Source of the DNA: Camelus ferus
Taxonomy: Eukaryota
Assembly: GCF_009834535.1 (NCBI RefSeq)
Contig: NC_045696.1
Coordinates: forward strand, 50,036,001-50,100,000
DNA length: 64,000 bases
Reading direction: 5' to 3'
The position numbers were made by a program, and so were the translations under genes. The notes beneath the pieces were generated by a model. The model searched no databases. It saw nothing but the letters and a program-made list of their open reading frames with translations, and was not told the origin of the DNA. Each line of letters opens with the position of its first letter. The stretch's first letter is position 1. This document shows positions 10,601 through 21,919 of this stretch, piece after piece.

Positions 10601-13600
10601 ATAAGAATTTCCCAATCTTCAAATTAACAGACCATTGAAGGGATAGTGATAGTGTCATACTGTTCCCTCATTATGTTTCTATAAATTTAAAGTATTAAGG
10701 GTTTATATAATTTAAGTTTAAGGCTGAATGGAAATAGAGATACCAATTGTCCCTCTCAAACTGGAGGATAGTGGGTGTAGGAGGTAGAATTGGGAGCTTT
10801 TGTAAAAATGTGGGGAGAGGTATTTGAGATGGACATGTTTTCAACATTTTATTTTCATAGAAAAATTTATTGGCGAGTCCACCTCTAACACCATAGAAAT
10901 CTAGGATGACGTATTTTTATATTAATTTTGTTTCTCTCTCTCTTTCTTTTTTGCCTCAGCTCTATCTGAATTAAGAACTGAACTCCAGTCCAATCTTGAC
11001 TGTGAAGATTTTCTTAGATTTACTTACTCAGCTGTGGGAAAACCTGCTCCTCAAATATCTCTTTTCCCATTACAAGTCTTGATTAATCCACCAGAGGAAT
11101 CCCTTGCTCTGAACCCCAATGGCACAGTCACTGTCACTAAAGTGTATAACGTCTCCTTAGAGACTGTGAGGTCCCTCAGACTCCAACACCTGACTGTGCA
11201 CATGGATCATCCTCTGAAGAATGAAAAGAAGATCATTCCTCTGACAGTCAAACAAGAATGTAAGTAGAAGTAATAACCAACAGTGGGGAATATTCACCTT
11301 TAAAATTCACACAAGTATTTGTGTGGCCATCTATTTGTAAAACTATAAATCAGGATAATACACCCACATGGTTAAGAGAATCAAATAATGAAGATAGGAT
11401 CTACCCCAGCCCTGCTTCAGGGGTATCTGTTCTTATACTGCAAAATTTAAAAAAAAATATTTATTTTTTCTCTTTTTGTTGGGGAGGTAATTAGTTTTAT
11501 TTTTTTTAATGGAGGTACTAGGGATTGAACCCAAGACCTTGTGCATGCTAAGCACACACTCTACTACTGAGCTATACCCCACTTACATGGTAAATTTTTA
11601 ATTGATCTCCATTACATATTTTTCCCTAAATTTCTGCTACAGTCAATGAAGATTAGGCTCCTTCAACTTTTGTTCCTTTCATAAAGTCCCTTTCCTTCTC
11701 AATATAGTTCTTTTGCTGCTTAAACTCTGCAACTTTCAACAGTATGGTTAAACCTTTTTTCTTTTTCATTCACCATAGAAAGCCTTTGTTAGCTACCACT
11801 TCTGCTTGCCCATCTTCCTTTCAAGCTTTGTCAATGGTATCTTCTGTTTCAAAGCCATAATTCAAAACAGATAACTTCCCTAAAGAATTTAAATAATAAT
11901 TCAAATATATACATTTCTGTAGAATTTAAATAATTAAATATTCCACCTAATAATCTTTTAAAATGAGAACCTTTAATCTCTATATATTCAGTACAAATAC
12001 TGATGTATTTGGGTTTTAATTCGCCACCTTACTATTTATTATCTGACCAGTTTTATGTCTTTTTTTTCTCTTCTTGAATTCCTGTGGATTAATTATTTAT
12101 TTTTATTTCATTTCCCCTCCTCTGATAGTTGGTTAACTATACATTTCTATATCCATCTTTAAGTGGTTGACTTGGAAATTATGCATCCTTAAAATCCTAT
12201 CTTATTATCTAATTTTATACGAGCTATTACCTTTTCATCTTTTACAACTGCATTTCCATAGCTTCATTGTCAACAGAGCTCTTGTCATCATGTTCAGAAA
12301 TTAATGTGCTTTGACCCCAGTTTCTAGATGTGAGAAAGCCCAGTTTCCTGCCCTCATTACATAGTCTTAAATATATTGTATAGAAATAGAGAAGAGCTCC
12401 TGGCTTATCTGCCAGCTAGAGTTTCCATCTCTTCCTCCAGAAGATATCCTCCTCCTGAAGAAAAGTAGACATTCTACTCACATTCTAGCATTTCCCCACA
12501 CTTTCTGGATACCTTTATGTTTGAGTAAATACTACAGAATAAGTTTAGATGTCAGTTATGGTGGGTGAATCCTGCTTACCTCTTAATCTATGATAATATC
12601 ACATCACTATATCACAGATAATGATAGTCATTGTTCTATGGTATTAACTATAAATTAGTCTATTTTTATATTATGTTTTCCATAGGCAATAAAATAATAA
12701 TTTTTCTCTTAAGTTTATCAGTTCTTTTTATCCAATTTTTGTTAGTTTCAAGGCTCACAAATTTTGTTCTTTGGAGGGCCAACTAACCATACCAGTCACT
12801 GTATGTGACTGTCATCATTTGTTTAATTCAGTGGATAACAATTGAAGTCACTCATTAGGAGTTCTTTTAATAGCTGTGTCAGTAATAATATTAGGTTGAA
12901 CCATGTGATATTGATAATATTTCAATCTTTTTATCTATAAAATTAGTTATTTTATAAGGTTAAATCTAATATAATTAGGGAATATCATTTGACCATTATT
13001 AAGACAAGGCTAACAAAGCTTCCTATTATGAAACTTCCACTAACTTTGAGGGCTTTTCCCACTTTTTAATACCTGGGAATTTGATCAGTTCCTCCTTTCA
13101 GAGCAAACATGCCAAATTCTCAACTTTATTCCAAATTGCAAAGAGCTGGATTTTCTCTTTTCACCTCCCTTCCAACTTTTCCTTTTGAGTTAGGACAAGA
13201 ATACATTGGATCTTGTGGCTGAAGGTCCAATGACAAACCAAACAATCTTTACCATTTTCTAGTGTCAAAGAATAATGTACTCTCTCCTTTCTGTTTAAAC
13301 AAGGGACCCAAGGCAGTCATGCCTTCTCTACATTTTAGAGCAAGTGCTCTCATTCCTTTATAGAAGCCTAGAGTTTTGGTGACTATCTTGCCATGAAGTA
13401 TCCCACTTAAATATCCTAATGAGTTACTAGGAGATGCAAAGAAATGATTCCATGCATCTGATAAAGAAATAACATTTCTCTGGGTTGTCACAGAGCTTCA
13501 GACAGTTAAGCCTATAGTTGTGTCATCCTTACCTTCAAAATACTATATACTTTTTAAATGAAGTTAAGTTGATTTACAGCTTTGTGTTAGTTTCTGGCAT

Positions 13601-14083
13601 ACAGCATACAGTCGTACATATATATACATATTCTTTTTCATATTCTTTTTTATTATAGGTTATTACATCATATTGAATATAGTTCCCTGTGCTATACTTT
13701 AAGACTTTGTTATTTATTTATATTATGTATAGTAGTTTGTATTTGCTAACCCTAAACTCCTAATTTATCCCTTCCCTCCTTTCCCTTTTGGTAACCATAA
13801 GTTTGTTTTCTACCTTTGAATGTGTTTCTGTTTTGTAAATAAATTCATTTGTCTCATTTTTTTAGATTCCACATATAAGTGATATCATGTGATTATTTGT
13901 TTTTCACTGTCTGACTTACTTCACTTAGTATGACAATCTCTAGTCCATCCATGTTGCTGCAAATGGCATTATTTCATTCTTTTTTATGGTTAAGTAGTAT
14001 TTCATTGTATATATTATTGTGTATATATTCTTTTTAATGGCTGAGTAGTATTTCATTGTATATATGTATGTGATATATTATAG

Positions 14084-14143
<60 letters not shown>

Positions 14144-17100
14144 CACAACTTCTTTATCCATTCATCTATCTATGGACATTTAGATTGCTTCTATGTCTTG
14201 GCTATTGTAAACAGTGCTGCTATGAAAATTGGGGTGCATGTATCTTTTCCAATTGCCGTTTTCTCAGGATATATGCCCAGGAATGGGATTGCTGGATCAT
14301 ATGGTAACTCTATTTTTAGTTTTTTAAGAAATCTCCATACTTTTGTCCATGGTGGCTGCACCAAATAATATTTTCACCAACAGTGTAGGAGGGTTCCCTT
14401 TTCCCCACACCCTCTCCAGCATTTATTGTTTGTGGACTTTTTAACAATGGCTACTCCGACCAGTGTGAAGTGATACCTCATAGCAGTTTTGATTTGCATT
14501 TCTCTGATAGTTAACTATATTGAGCATCTTTTCATAACTTATATTTTAACTTAAGTCTTAAATCATAGCCTAAGGCATTTTAAGTCTCATCCCTTGACCT
14601 TTATTTCTGGATGGTTTTTCAAACTAGTGGGCTACATCTCAGATTTCTGGAAGTTAACAAACACATGTACATATTTTGCTGAAACATACCCTCTTCTGTT
14701 AAAGCCTTAGCTTTTTCAAATCACATATTATCAGAAGATGTAATGGCTTAAACAATATATTTCCTCTCTCTCTTTTTCAAATTACCTTAATGATTTCCCT
14801 GAAGGATTTAGGTATAATGAGTCTAGGGTTTTTGTGTCTCTCCCACTTCAGACTCCAATATGCATGAACAGAGTTGCAACAAATTTCAATATTAAATATG
14901 AACTGAAGGATTGACAGACATCACTTGGGCAAATCAAACAAAATTTATTTATCTAAAGAACATCAAAATATACAGCAAAGGGATTAGCAACATTCTTCAA
15001 GGGAGATATCAACTTCTTCTGCAAATCAGCTTAATAATATCAGAGTAGACCAGCTAGCTAATACTAATCACACTGTAAGTGTTTAGTATTCAGATAATAA
15101 CACTTCAATTTCTAGACGTTAAAATGAGAGTGAAATATTTTCTTTTTCCAGAATACTCATTGAGAAGGCAACTACTTTATTACAGATCATTTTAGAAACT
15201 AGACTATAGTACTTCAGCGTATCTTCTGCAGAAAGCACAAGCTAATGACTTTTTCAGAATCTGATTTGATAGGACAGCCTGCAATTGAACTTAAGGTGTT
15301 TAATTTTGAGTTTTATATCTTGATAGCTTTCATAAAATTGCTATGGGTGGGTGACAATATTAAATGTCAGTTTTGTAAGAAGATATCTTGTTTTATTAAG
15401 ATAACTTTACATAATTTATATTTTTGTTTTTTATAATGATGAAAAGGTTAAAATATCTCCATAATCTGTCACATTCACCAAGACCCAAAAAGCATCACTA
15501 GCCTTCCATGATGTTGAATCATAAAGTTTAAATGAGTGAAGGAGACATCACAGTTTTTGGAAATCTAACAGTTTGCAAATAGCCAACTACAGGATGGTTG
15601 GAATGAGCACTTTAGTAAGCAGTCCAGATGGGCTAAACATAACCTTATTTAGGCCTAGGACATCTCATCAATCTCTGAATTAAGCAATCTCTGGGTTAAT
15701 CTAAGTAAAGCGCAAAATGATGACTAACACAAAATGAGACTATTGTAAAGCATAATACACTCAGGTCAACACAAACCACTCTCTTTCATTATTTTCAACC
15801 TCTCCAGGCTATGCAACCTGGTTCAACTCAATGCTTAGAATTAGAACAACCAGTGATTTTCTTAGTGAGTCTGGTGGTCATGCTAACAGGCCACAGGATA
15901 TATCCTACAGTCTTATAATGCTTTTACATGTGATTGACAGCTTGCTCTTTATACGACTTTAGTTTAATCATCCTTCTTCCCTCATAACTTCTAGAGTATT
16001 TTTCCACTGCCTTGACCATCCATTGTTATTGATGAGAAGTCAAATGTCAATCTGAAAATTGCAATAGTAAATATTATTGTATCTTCTCTTTGGTAGCATA
16101 GTATCTTCTCTTTATTGTTCGAGTTTTGAAACTTCCTAGTGCTATTTTTAGTTGTCTTTTTTTTTAATCTTTGATGTGATGGGTATTTGGTGAGTTCATT
16201 CAATCTGGAGACTCCAATCCTTCAACTCTGAATATTTCCTCATTTCCTTGAGAATTTCCCCCCTGTTCATTTAACATTCTCTTTTGATAAACCTCGATTA
16301 AGTGGGCAATAAAACATGTAGATTGGATTTTATATTATTTTATTATTTAATATTCATATCTCTTTTTCTTTTCTTTAAGCTATCTGGGAGATTTTCTAAA
16401 ATTTGTCTTCAAACTCTTTAATTCAATTTTCCTTCTTTTGACAATCAGGTTTATAATTCTGAACTGCCTTTACAATTTAAAATTAATGTCACAAATTAAA
16501 GTTATTTTAAATCATCCCATTTGTTATCTCCACCAATCCCCTCCTCACCTCCACTACCATCATTTTAATTTTATGTTTCTTCTACTCAGTATTTCTCACT
16601 TTGATTACAGTCTACCATCAAAGTCCTCTGAGCCTTGACTGAAAGTTTACAGACTCTTTATTTGGTTTATTGTGTCTTGTGAAGAGATTAATTTTCCTTA
16701 AAGAAAAAGATCCAACAATCCTGTAGTTGGCTGCTGAAGAGAACAGGCAGCAATTAGCCAGGAGACTCTAAAAGCCAGAATGTGGAGGCCTTTTACTCTG
16801 GTGCCTAGTTATTCCCAAATGTTAAGTAAATTTCTTTCCCTCCATGTTTTTTGCCTGAGGGGTAAACATTTGTCTGTCCAAAGTTGTGCTTTGGGATATG
16901 GAAGTGGATGCTTTTGACTGCAACTTTTATTCTGTGATTCACTCTTCCTCTCTTTATCTTCTGAATCCTGAGCCTTTCCAGGCTCTCCAGGCTCTCTCTG
17001 CTCATATAGTCTCCTTTGTACGTAGCCGAGCCTGCAGTGACTTTCATCTTGCACCTTTATAGGCCATTCCTCTATGCTTTTTACATCTTTCATAAGTTTG

Positions 17101-20100
17101 TTTAAACCTTTTGCTAATGAAGATCTCTCTTCTATTTGTTATTTTTGGTTTAATCATTTTATTTTTGTTACTATTATTTTCATGGAGCCTCAGGAAAGAG
17201 TAGAAATAACTATTTTTGTTACATGTATCTCTTGAAACTGGAGTTAATCAGCATTTTTTTGTTTCCTAGTAAATTTCCCCAAATTATGAGAATGAATTAT
17301 GCCAATTGAATAGCACATGTATCACCCATCAAACTATTGGGTAGATTATTCTGGTTAATTTCACTTCTCACTGAGATATAAATGTCTGTAAAAAGTAACA
17401 TCAATTCAGAAGAGGACTTCTCCTTGCTTAGTTTTGTAACAAGTATTTGTGGTATAAATCAGTGATTCTGCTGAAACCTTGTATAGAGTTTTTTCCGCTG
17501 TGTTCTGTTGCCATTGACTTCAGAGCTGTGTTCATATTTTCATGCCAAATTCTTCCCATTTAGCTTCCTCCACCAACTTTGAATGAGCTATGTAGCATCT
17601 CATTGAAAAAAGAACATAGTTAAAACTAGAAACTGAGACAAAGTGATAGCTGAACAGTCAAAAATAAACGGCACAACGTTCCTCAACTAAAACACATAGA
17701 CTTTCTAGTAGTATTTCAGGGAAGAAGTAATTGCTAACAAGGATTTCTCTTTTCCTTCAATGGTACTGGAAAATTAAAGCAGCAAATTAAAAAGGAATGA
17801 GAGTTTACAATGAGCAGAAAAATGACATCAATCTGACAATCAGAAAGAGGACAAAAACAGCCAATCACGAGAAGACCTAAGAATGTAAAATGCACAGTAG
17901 TTCATGCCATTTAATATAAGTGCAAATTTCCTAAAAGTCTATCCACAAAGTATAGGTTCATTTTTATATTACATTTAAGAAATACCATTGATAATCATAA
18001 AAAATGGCCTTTGTTAAGTTTAAATTGCAACAAAAGATAACATTATGTTCAGAAGTCTACATAGAAAGAAGTGAAGTTTATAATGCAATTTTAAAACATT
18101 GTGGTCAAAATAGCTACTGTAAAAGTGTTGATACTCAAAATTTTACAATTTGTGTTTTACTTAAGAGTACAGACCCTAGAATCAGACAGAACAGCACTTG
18201 CTCCCCAGTTTTGTCACCTAATCACTGTAGTTTTGGGCAATTTTCTTACATTTCAATGCCTCCATTTTGCCATTTGTACCAAATAACTGTGCTCACCTAG
18301 TTGATGTAAACAATTGGAGGGGTGTCCCCAATGTTCATAGCAGCACTATTTACGATAGACAAGACATGGAAGCAACCTAAATGTCCATCAAAAGGTGATG
18401 GGATAGAGAAGTTGTGGTATATATATACAATGGAGTACTACCCAGCTATAAAAAAGAATGAAATAATGCCATTTGCAGCAACATGGATCAACCTGGAGAT
18501 CATCTTCATTCTCAGTGAAGTAAGCCAGAAAGAGAAAGAAAAATGCTGTAATATCACTCATGTGGAACCTGAAAAAAGGACATAAATAAACTTATTTACA
18601 AGCCAGAAACAGACTCACATAGAAAACAAACTTATAGTTACCAGGGGGAAAGGGAGTGGGAAGGAATAAATTGGGAGTTTGAGGTTTGCAGACACTAATT
18701 ACTACATATAAAATAGATAAACAACGAGTTTCTTCTGTATAGCACAGGGAACTATGTTCAATATCTTGTAGTAACCTATAATGAAAAAGAATATGAAAGG
18801 GAGTATATATACATATATATGTATGACTGAAACATTATGCTGTACACCAGAAACTGACACAACATTGTAAACTGAATATACTTTAATAAAAAAATGAAGA
18901 GGTTGAAAAAGTATTCCTTTCTTCCCTTTTAGGTTCTTTGGTGAGTCTAATAATTAAAATTGTATGACAGATTAACAGGACAAAAACAAACAAAAGTTTA
19001 GTAACATGTATACATGGGAGATACCCAAGAAAACTGAGCAGGTCTTTGAAAGGACTGAAGACATCATGTAAAGTACCATCTTCAGCTAAAGACAAAAGAA
19101 GATGGTGGGGTGGGGAGTTAGTTATGGGAGGTTACCAGGAAAAGCACTATAAACAAGGGTAAGTTTATTATGTAGATTTAAATTGTTGCCTCCTCAATTG
19201 ACAAGTTTCTAGAGATTTAGGGTCATCCACCTCCTCCTGGAACAAATGGAGATTTCTCTTATATACATGAACATGTCTGTTACAAAAAGGGTAAGTTCTA
19301 CTTGATTTTCAGTGTTTCTCCTGTGTTTGCAGCTTCTTACAATCAGTCTAAAATAATCTTTATGTCAAAGAGACATATATTGGGGTGGCAAATATTGCTC
19401 CCCTACATAATCTTTATAAAATGCTTATCACATTGCTTAGACTATTAATCTTAAATACTAATTATTATTATAAATTTATTTTCTGAGGGTATTATGGAAT
19501 CTTTGGAAATTTCATTTTAGTAATTGAATAATATTTCATCAAGTGAATGTATTACATTTTGCTTAATCATGTTTATGTGATTATATCTAAGTGAATATTT
19601 AAATGGCTATACTATTTGTTAATTCTTGAGAATGGTAGGATGATAATAAATGTTATCTGTCTTCGATTTGAATGCAGATTAGTATATTCTTTTATAAAAT
19701 TCAGTATGGCAAGTAATCTAATAGTATCGATTTGAATGTCAACAAGGCAATGGTAAATCAAGGGCATTGCAGTTCAAAGGTACCAAAATGACAGTACAGT
19801 GTATAAAAAGAGGTATGGTCCCAAAGAATGTGTTTCTGATTTGTGTTTTTCAGGTTCTGCTCGTTCTTCTTATACTCGGCTGCATATAGTTGGTGTGCTT
19901 ATAATTTTTCTATGTATTTCATTTATCATCTGTATTGTTCTGAGAAAGAAAAAGTAAGTTTTATTACTACCTGTCCTGATAGAGAAGGTGAGTAAAATCA
20001 GGCTAGTTTCAAATCTGGAAAAAAATAACCCAAGGGCTCTGGATCATAAAAAGAATCATGGAAAACTCTTTTCCATATCCTTGGTGATTTTGCAGTCAAG

Positions 20101-21224
20101 GATTTATCCTTATTAAGATGATACTCTACTTGGGATTGTTACAAAGGTAGGGTGTTAGTAATCATTCATGCTTTTGGTAAATTGAGTTTAAGGTTCTTTC
20201 TTGAGGACAGATTTTGACAAGAGAGAGCATATAGACTTCAGACAACTGGTGGGAGGAGGACTACTGGGTGGTAAAAAAAGCCTGAGGTTGGAAGTTTGAG
20301 ATAAATCTACCTGACAGAGCCACAGTAAGATGACAGTGGTCCTACTTTACAGGACTAGTATAATGAAATATCCATTCAGTGATTTAACAAATACTTCCTG
20401 AGGGTCTATGTATTGCATTGTTCCCAGTGTGAGAGACAGAGACACAACTGAAACAGACAAGTTCTTTGCCATCAGAAGCTAAAGTCACAGTGGGGAGGGG
20501 TAGTCAAGAAAAGATAGAAGAAAATACTGGGTAGTGATAAGTACTATTTAGAAAACAAAGCAGAATGATATAATTGAAAAAGATCATGGGGCTAATTGAT
20601 GTGGAGTGATCTCTTTGGGGAGATGACATTTAAACTGAGAACTAGGTCAGAAAAAATGTCATGAGTAAAGTTCTTGGCAGAGCATTCCACGCAAAAAAGG
20701 AGTTAGTATAGGTCCTTCAGTGGGAATGAGCTTGGTGTGCCCCAAGAAAAATGAGAAGGTCAGTGTAACCTTTTGAAGTATAGAATAATACTTCAAAAAA
20801 TAGGAATGGGGCCAGAACAGATAAGGCCCACAGTCCTGGACAGGCATTTGGGCTTTTAACTATCTGCAATATCAATCCATTGAAGTACTTAAAACCAAGG
20901 AGTACAAGGAACCAGATTTAAGTACCTGAAATTTACAGAGATGATAAGGGCCAGAGTTATAAATTTGGGAGTATAGTAGGAAATTTCTCCAGGAAATTTA
21001 TAAATCATATCAAAACATTATTAAAAATCAGTGATCAAAAATATTATTGAAAAGATATTTTGTCTGTCAGGAGAGCTTCAATCTCTCAATTTTTAATTCA
21101 GAGCATGCTCTTACAATGGACTCCATTTGGGGGAGGGTTTGGGCTGATTCAACAATGGATCCATTACTGTCATTATATCTGTAGGTCAGAGAATGTGCTT
21201 CAAAACACGCTCCACCTGAGATAA
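4585..21224 (+). CDS. CD200-like (OX-2 membrane glycoprotein-like) paralogue, spliced CDS join(4585..4648,9899..10237,10960..11259,19854..19953,21185..21224), 280 aa; probable counterpart of mouse Gm609/Cd200l1 (iSEC1)
   Basis: Five GT-AG-bounded exons with compatible intron phases (1,1,1,2) total 843 nt with no internal stop. They give signal peptide, IgV, Ig-like, TM and short tail. The IgV motifs ITWQK and [13 protein letters not shown] match CD200 VTWQK and [13 protein letters not shown] in the same window. Confidence 0.8.
6755..7104 (+). mobile_element. MaLR solo LTR (MLT1A-like) with 5-bp target-site duplication AAGTC
   Basis: TG...CA termini (tgctatagtctaaatg ... gactaagaca), ttggacttccagcctccagaactgtgaga motif, and AAGTC at both 6750-6754 and 7105-7109. 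Confidence 0.85.
7426..7860 (+). mobile_element. MaLR solo LTR (MLT1B/C-like)
   Basis: ggttgaatagtgtcc start; gaatgtgatctaatttagaaataaggtc; catgtgaagatggaggcag; tttctattgttttaagctacc. Confidence 0.8.
8385..8620 (-). mobile_element. ERV LTR fragment
   Basis: ttaatgattttagtgcttttctgtatataggaagatgcaaga... resembles artiodactyl ERV1-type LTRs as I recall them; ends in ...ttaca (TG on the minus strand). Confidence 0.5.
9899..10237 (+). CDS. CD200-like paralogue, IgV domain exon
   Basis: Acceptor ttttcag| at 9898. Translation contains [27 protein letters not shown] and ICL. Phase-1 donor A|GTATAT. 339 nt. Confidence 0.9.
10960..11259 (+). CDS. CD200-like paralogue, second Ig-like (degenerate C2-type) domain exon
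   Basis: Long pyrimidine tract plus ctcag| acceptor. Open frame [33 protein letters not shown]...NPNGTVTVT...KQE aligns with CD200 [19 protein letters not shown]...HPNGTTSVT. Donor T|GTAAGT. 300 nt. Confidence 0.85.
11460..11582 (-). mobile_element. tRNA-Ala-derived camelid-type SINE (vic-1-like)
   Basis: Reverse complement GGGGTATAGCTCAGTAGTAGAG...GGGTTCAATCCC (A and B boxes) followed by an A-rich tail. Confidence 0.8.
13550..14535 (-). mobile_element. LINE-1 3' end (5'-truncated)
   Basis: ttagattccacatataagtgatatc; ccatccatgttgctgcaaatggcatt; ggattgctggatcatatggtaactctatt. Confidence 0.85.
14087..14140. repeat. (TA)27 microsatellite
   Basis: Perfect TA run inside the L1 3'UTR. Confidence 0.95.
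18322..18895 (+). mobile_element. LINE-1 3' end with A-rich tail
   Basis: The ORF track shows [21 protein letters not shown]...FAATW (L1 ORF2 C-terminus), followed by 3'UTR and aataaaaaaa. Confidence 0.9.
18905..19406 (-). mobile_element. ERV1-type solo LTR
   Basis: Ends ggggtggcaaatattgctcccctaca (TGTAGGGG on the minus strand); body resembles mammalian ERV1 LTRs. Confidence 0.55.
19854..19953 (+). CDS. CD200-like paralogue, transmembrane exon ([33 protein letters not shown])
   Basis: Acceptor gtttttcag| in phase 1, about 19 hydrophobic residues, a basic stop-transfer RKK and a consensus donor AA|GTAAGT. Confidence 0.75.
20370..20920. mobile_element. L2 fragment
   Basis: ccattcagtgatttaacaaatacttcctgag...tatgt; gagatgacatttaaactgaga; ggcagagcattcca; tttgggcttttaact. 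Confidence 0.6.
21185..21224 (+). CDS. CD200-like paralogue, putative last coding exon ([13 protein letters not shown])
   Basis: Acceptor atctgtag|. The phase-2 join gives a 13-residue extension to TAA at 21222-21224. AATAAA follows at 21378. Confidence 0.5.
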
Positions 21225-21377
21225 CCTAACTGGACACCCGAATGAGCCACACACCCGAATGAGCACAGGTAATTGGAAGATGCGTAATTTTTGTTGTCAT
21301 TGTATATACTTCAAATTTAAGACAACTAACCTTCCATATTAAATCTTCCATTTGGTAGCAGCAATCATTATTTTAAA

Positions 21378-21383
21378 AATAAA
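21378..21383 (+). terminator. Candidate polyadenylation signal of the CD200-like gene
   Basis: AATAAA about 150 nt after the predicted stop codon. Confidence 0.4.
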
Positions 21384-21616
21384 TGGAAGAAAAAGATTGT
21401 TTACATATCCAGTTTCATGAATTACTGCTTTCAGATAAGGTTATATTAATATTAATGTCTTTGAATGTTTCTACTCATTCCCTGATTCACTGTCTATTCA
21501 CTTCTCCCACTGTTACCAGTTTAATGACTGCTTTGACTTACGGGATTTTTTTCTGATTATTAAGTATGAGCATGTCTTATGTATTGTTAACCATTCAGGT
21601 TTCCTCTTCTGTAACA

Positions 21617-21910
21617 TTCTTTTTTTTTTTTTTAATTGAAGTACAATTAGTTATAATGTGTCAGTTTCTGGTGTACAGCATACTGTCCCAGTCATGCATA
21701 TACATACATATATTCCTTTTCATATTCTTTCTTATTAAGGGTTATTACAAGATATTGAGTATGGTCCCCTGTGCTATACAGAAGGAATTTTTAGAATCTA
21801 TTTTTATATATAGTGCCTAACATTTGCAAATCTCAAACTCCCAAATTTATCCCTTCCCATCTCCTGTCACCCAGTAACCATAAGATTGTTTACTATGTCT
21901 GCAAGTCTGT
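21617..21910 (-). mobile_element. L1 3'-tail insertion with probable TSD (ttctgtaa)
   Basis: Poly-T plus L1 3'UTR; ttctgtaa occurs on both sides (21608 and 21911). Confidence 0.75.
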
Positions 21911-21919
21911 TTCTGTAAT

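Noticed and set aside
11510..11582. tRNA-Ala-like sequence (also 57497-57575)
   Set aside because: Degenerate stems, attached A-rich tails and multiple copies indicate SINEs, not tRNA genes.
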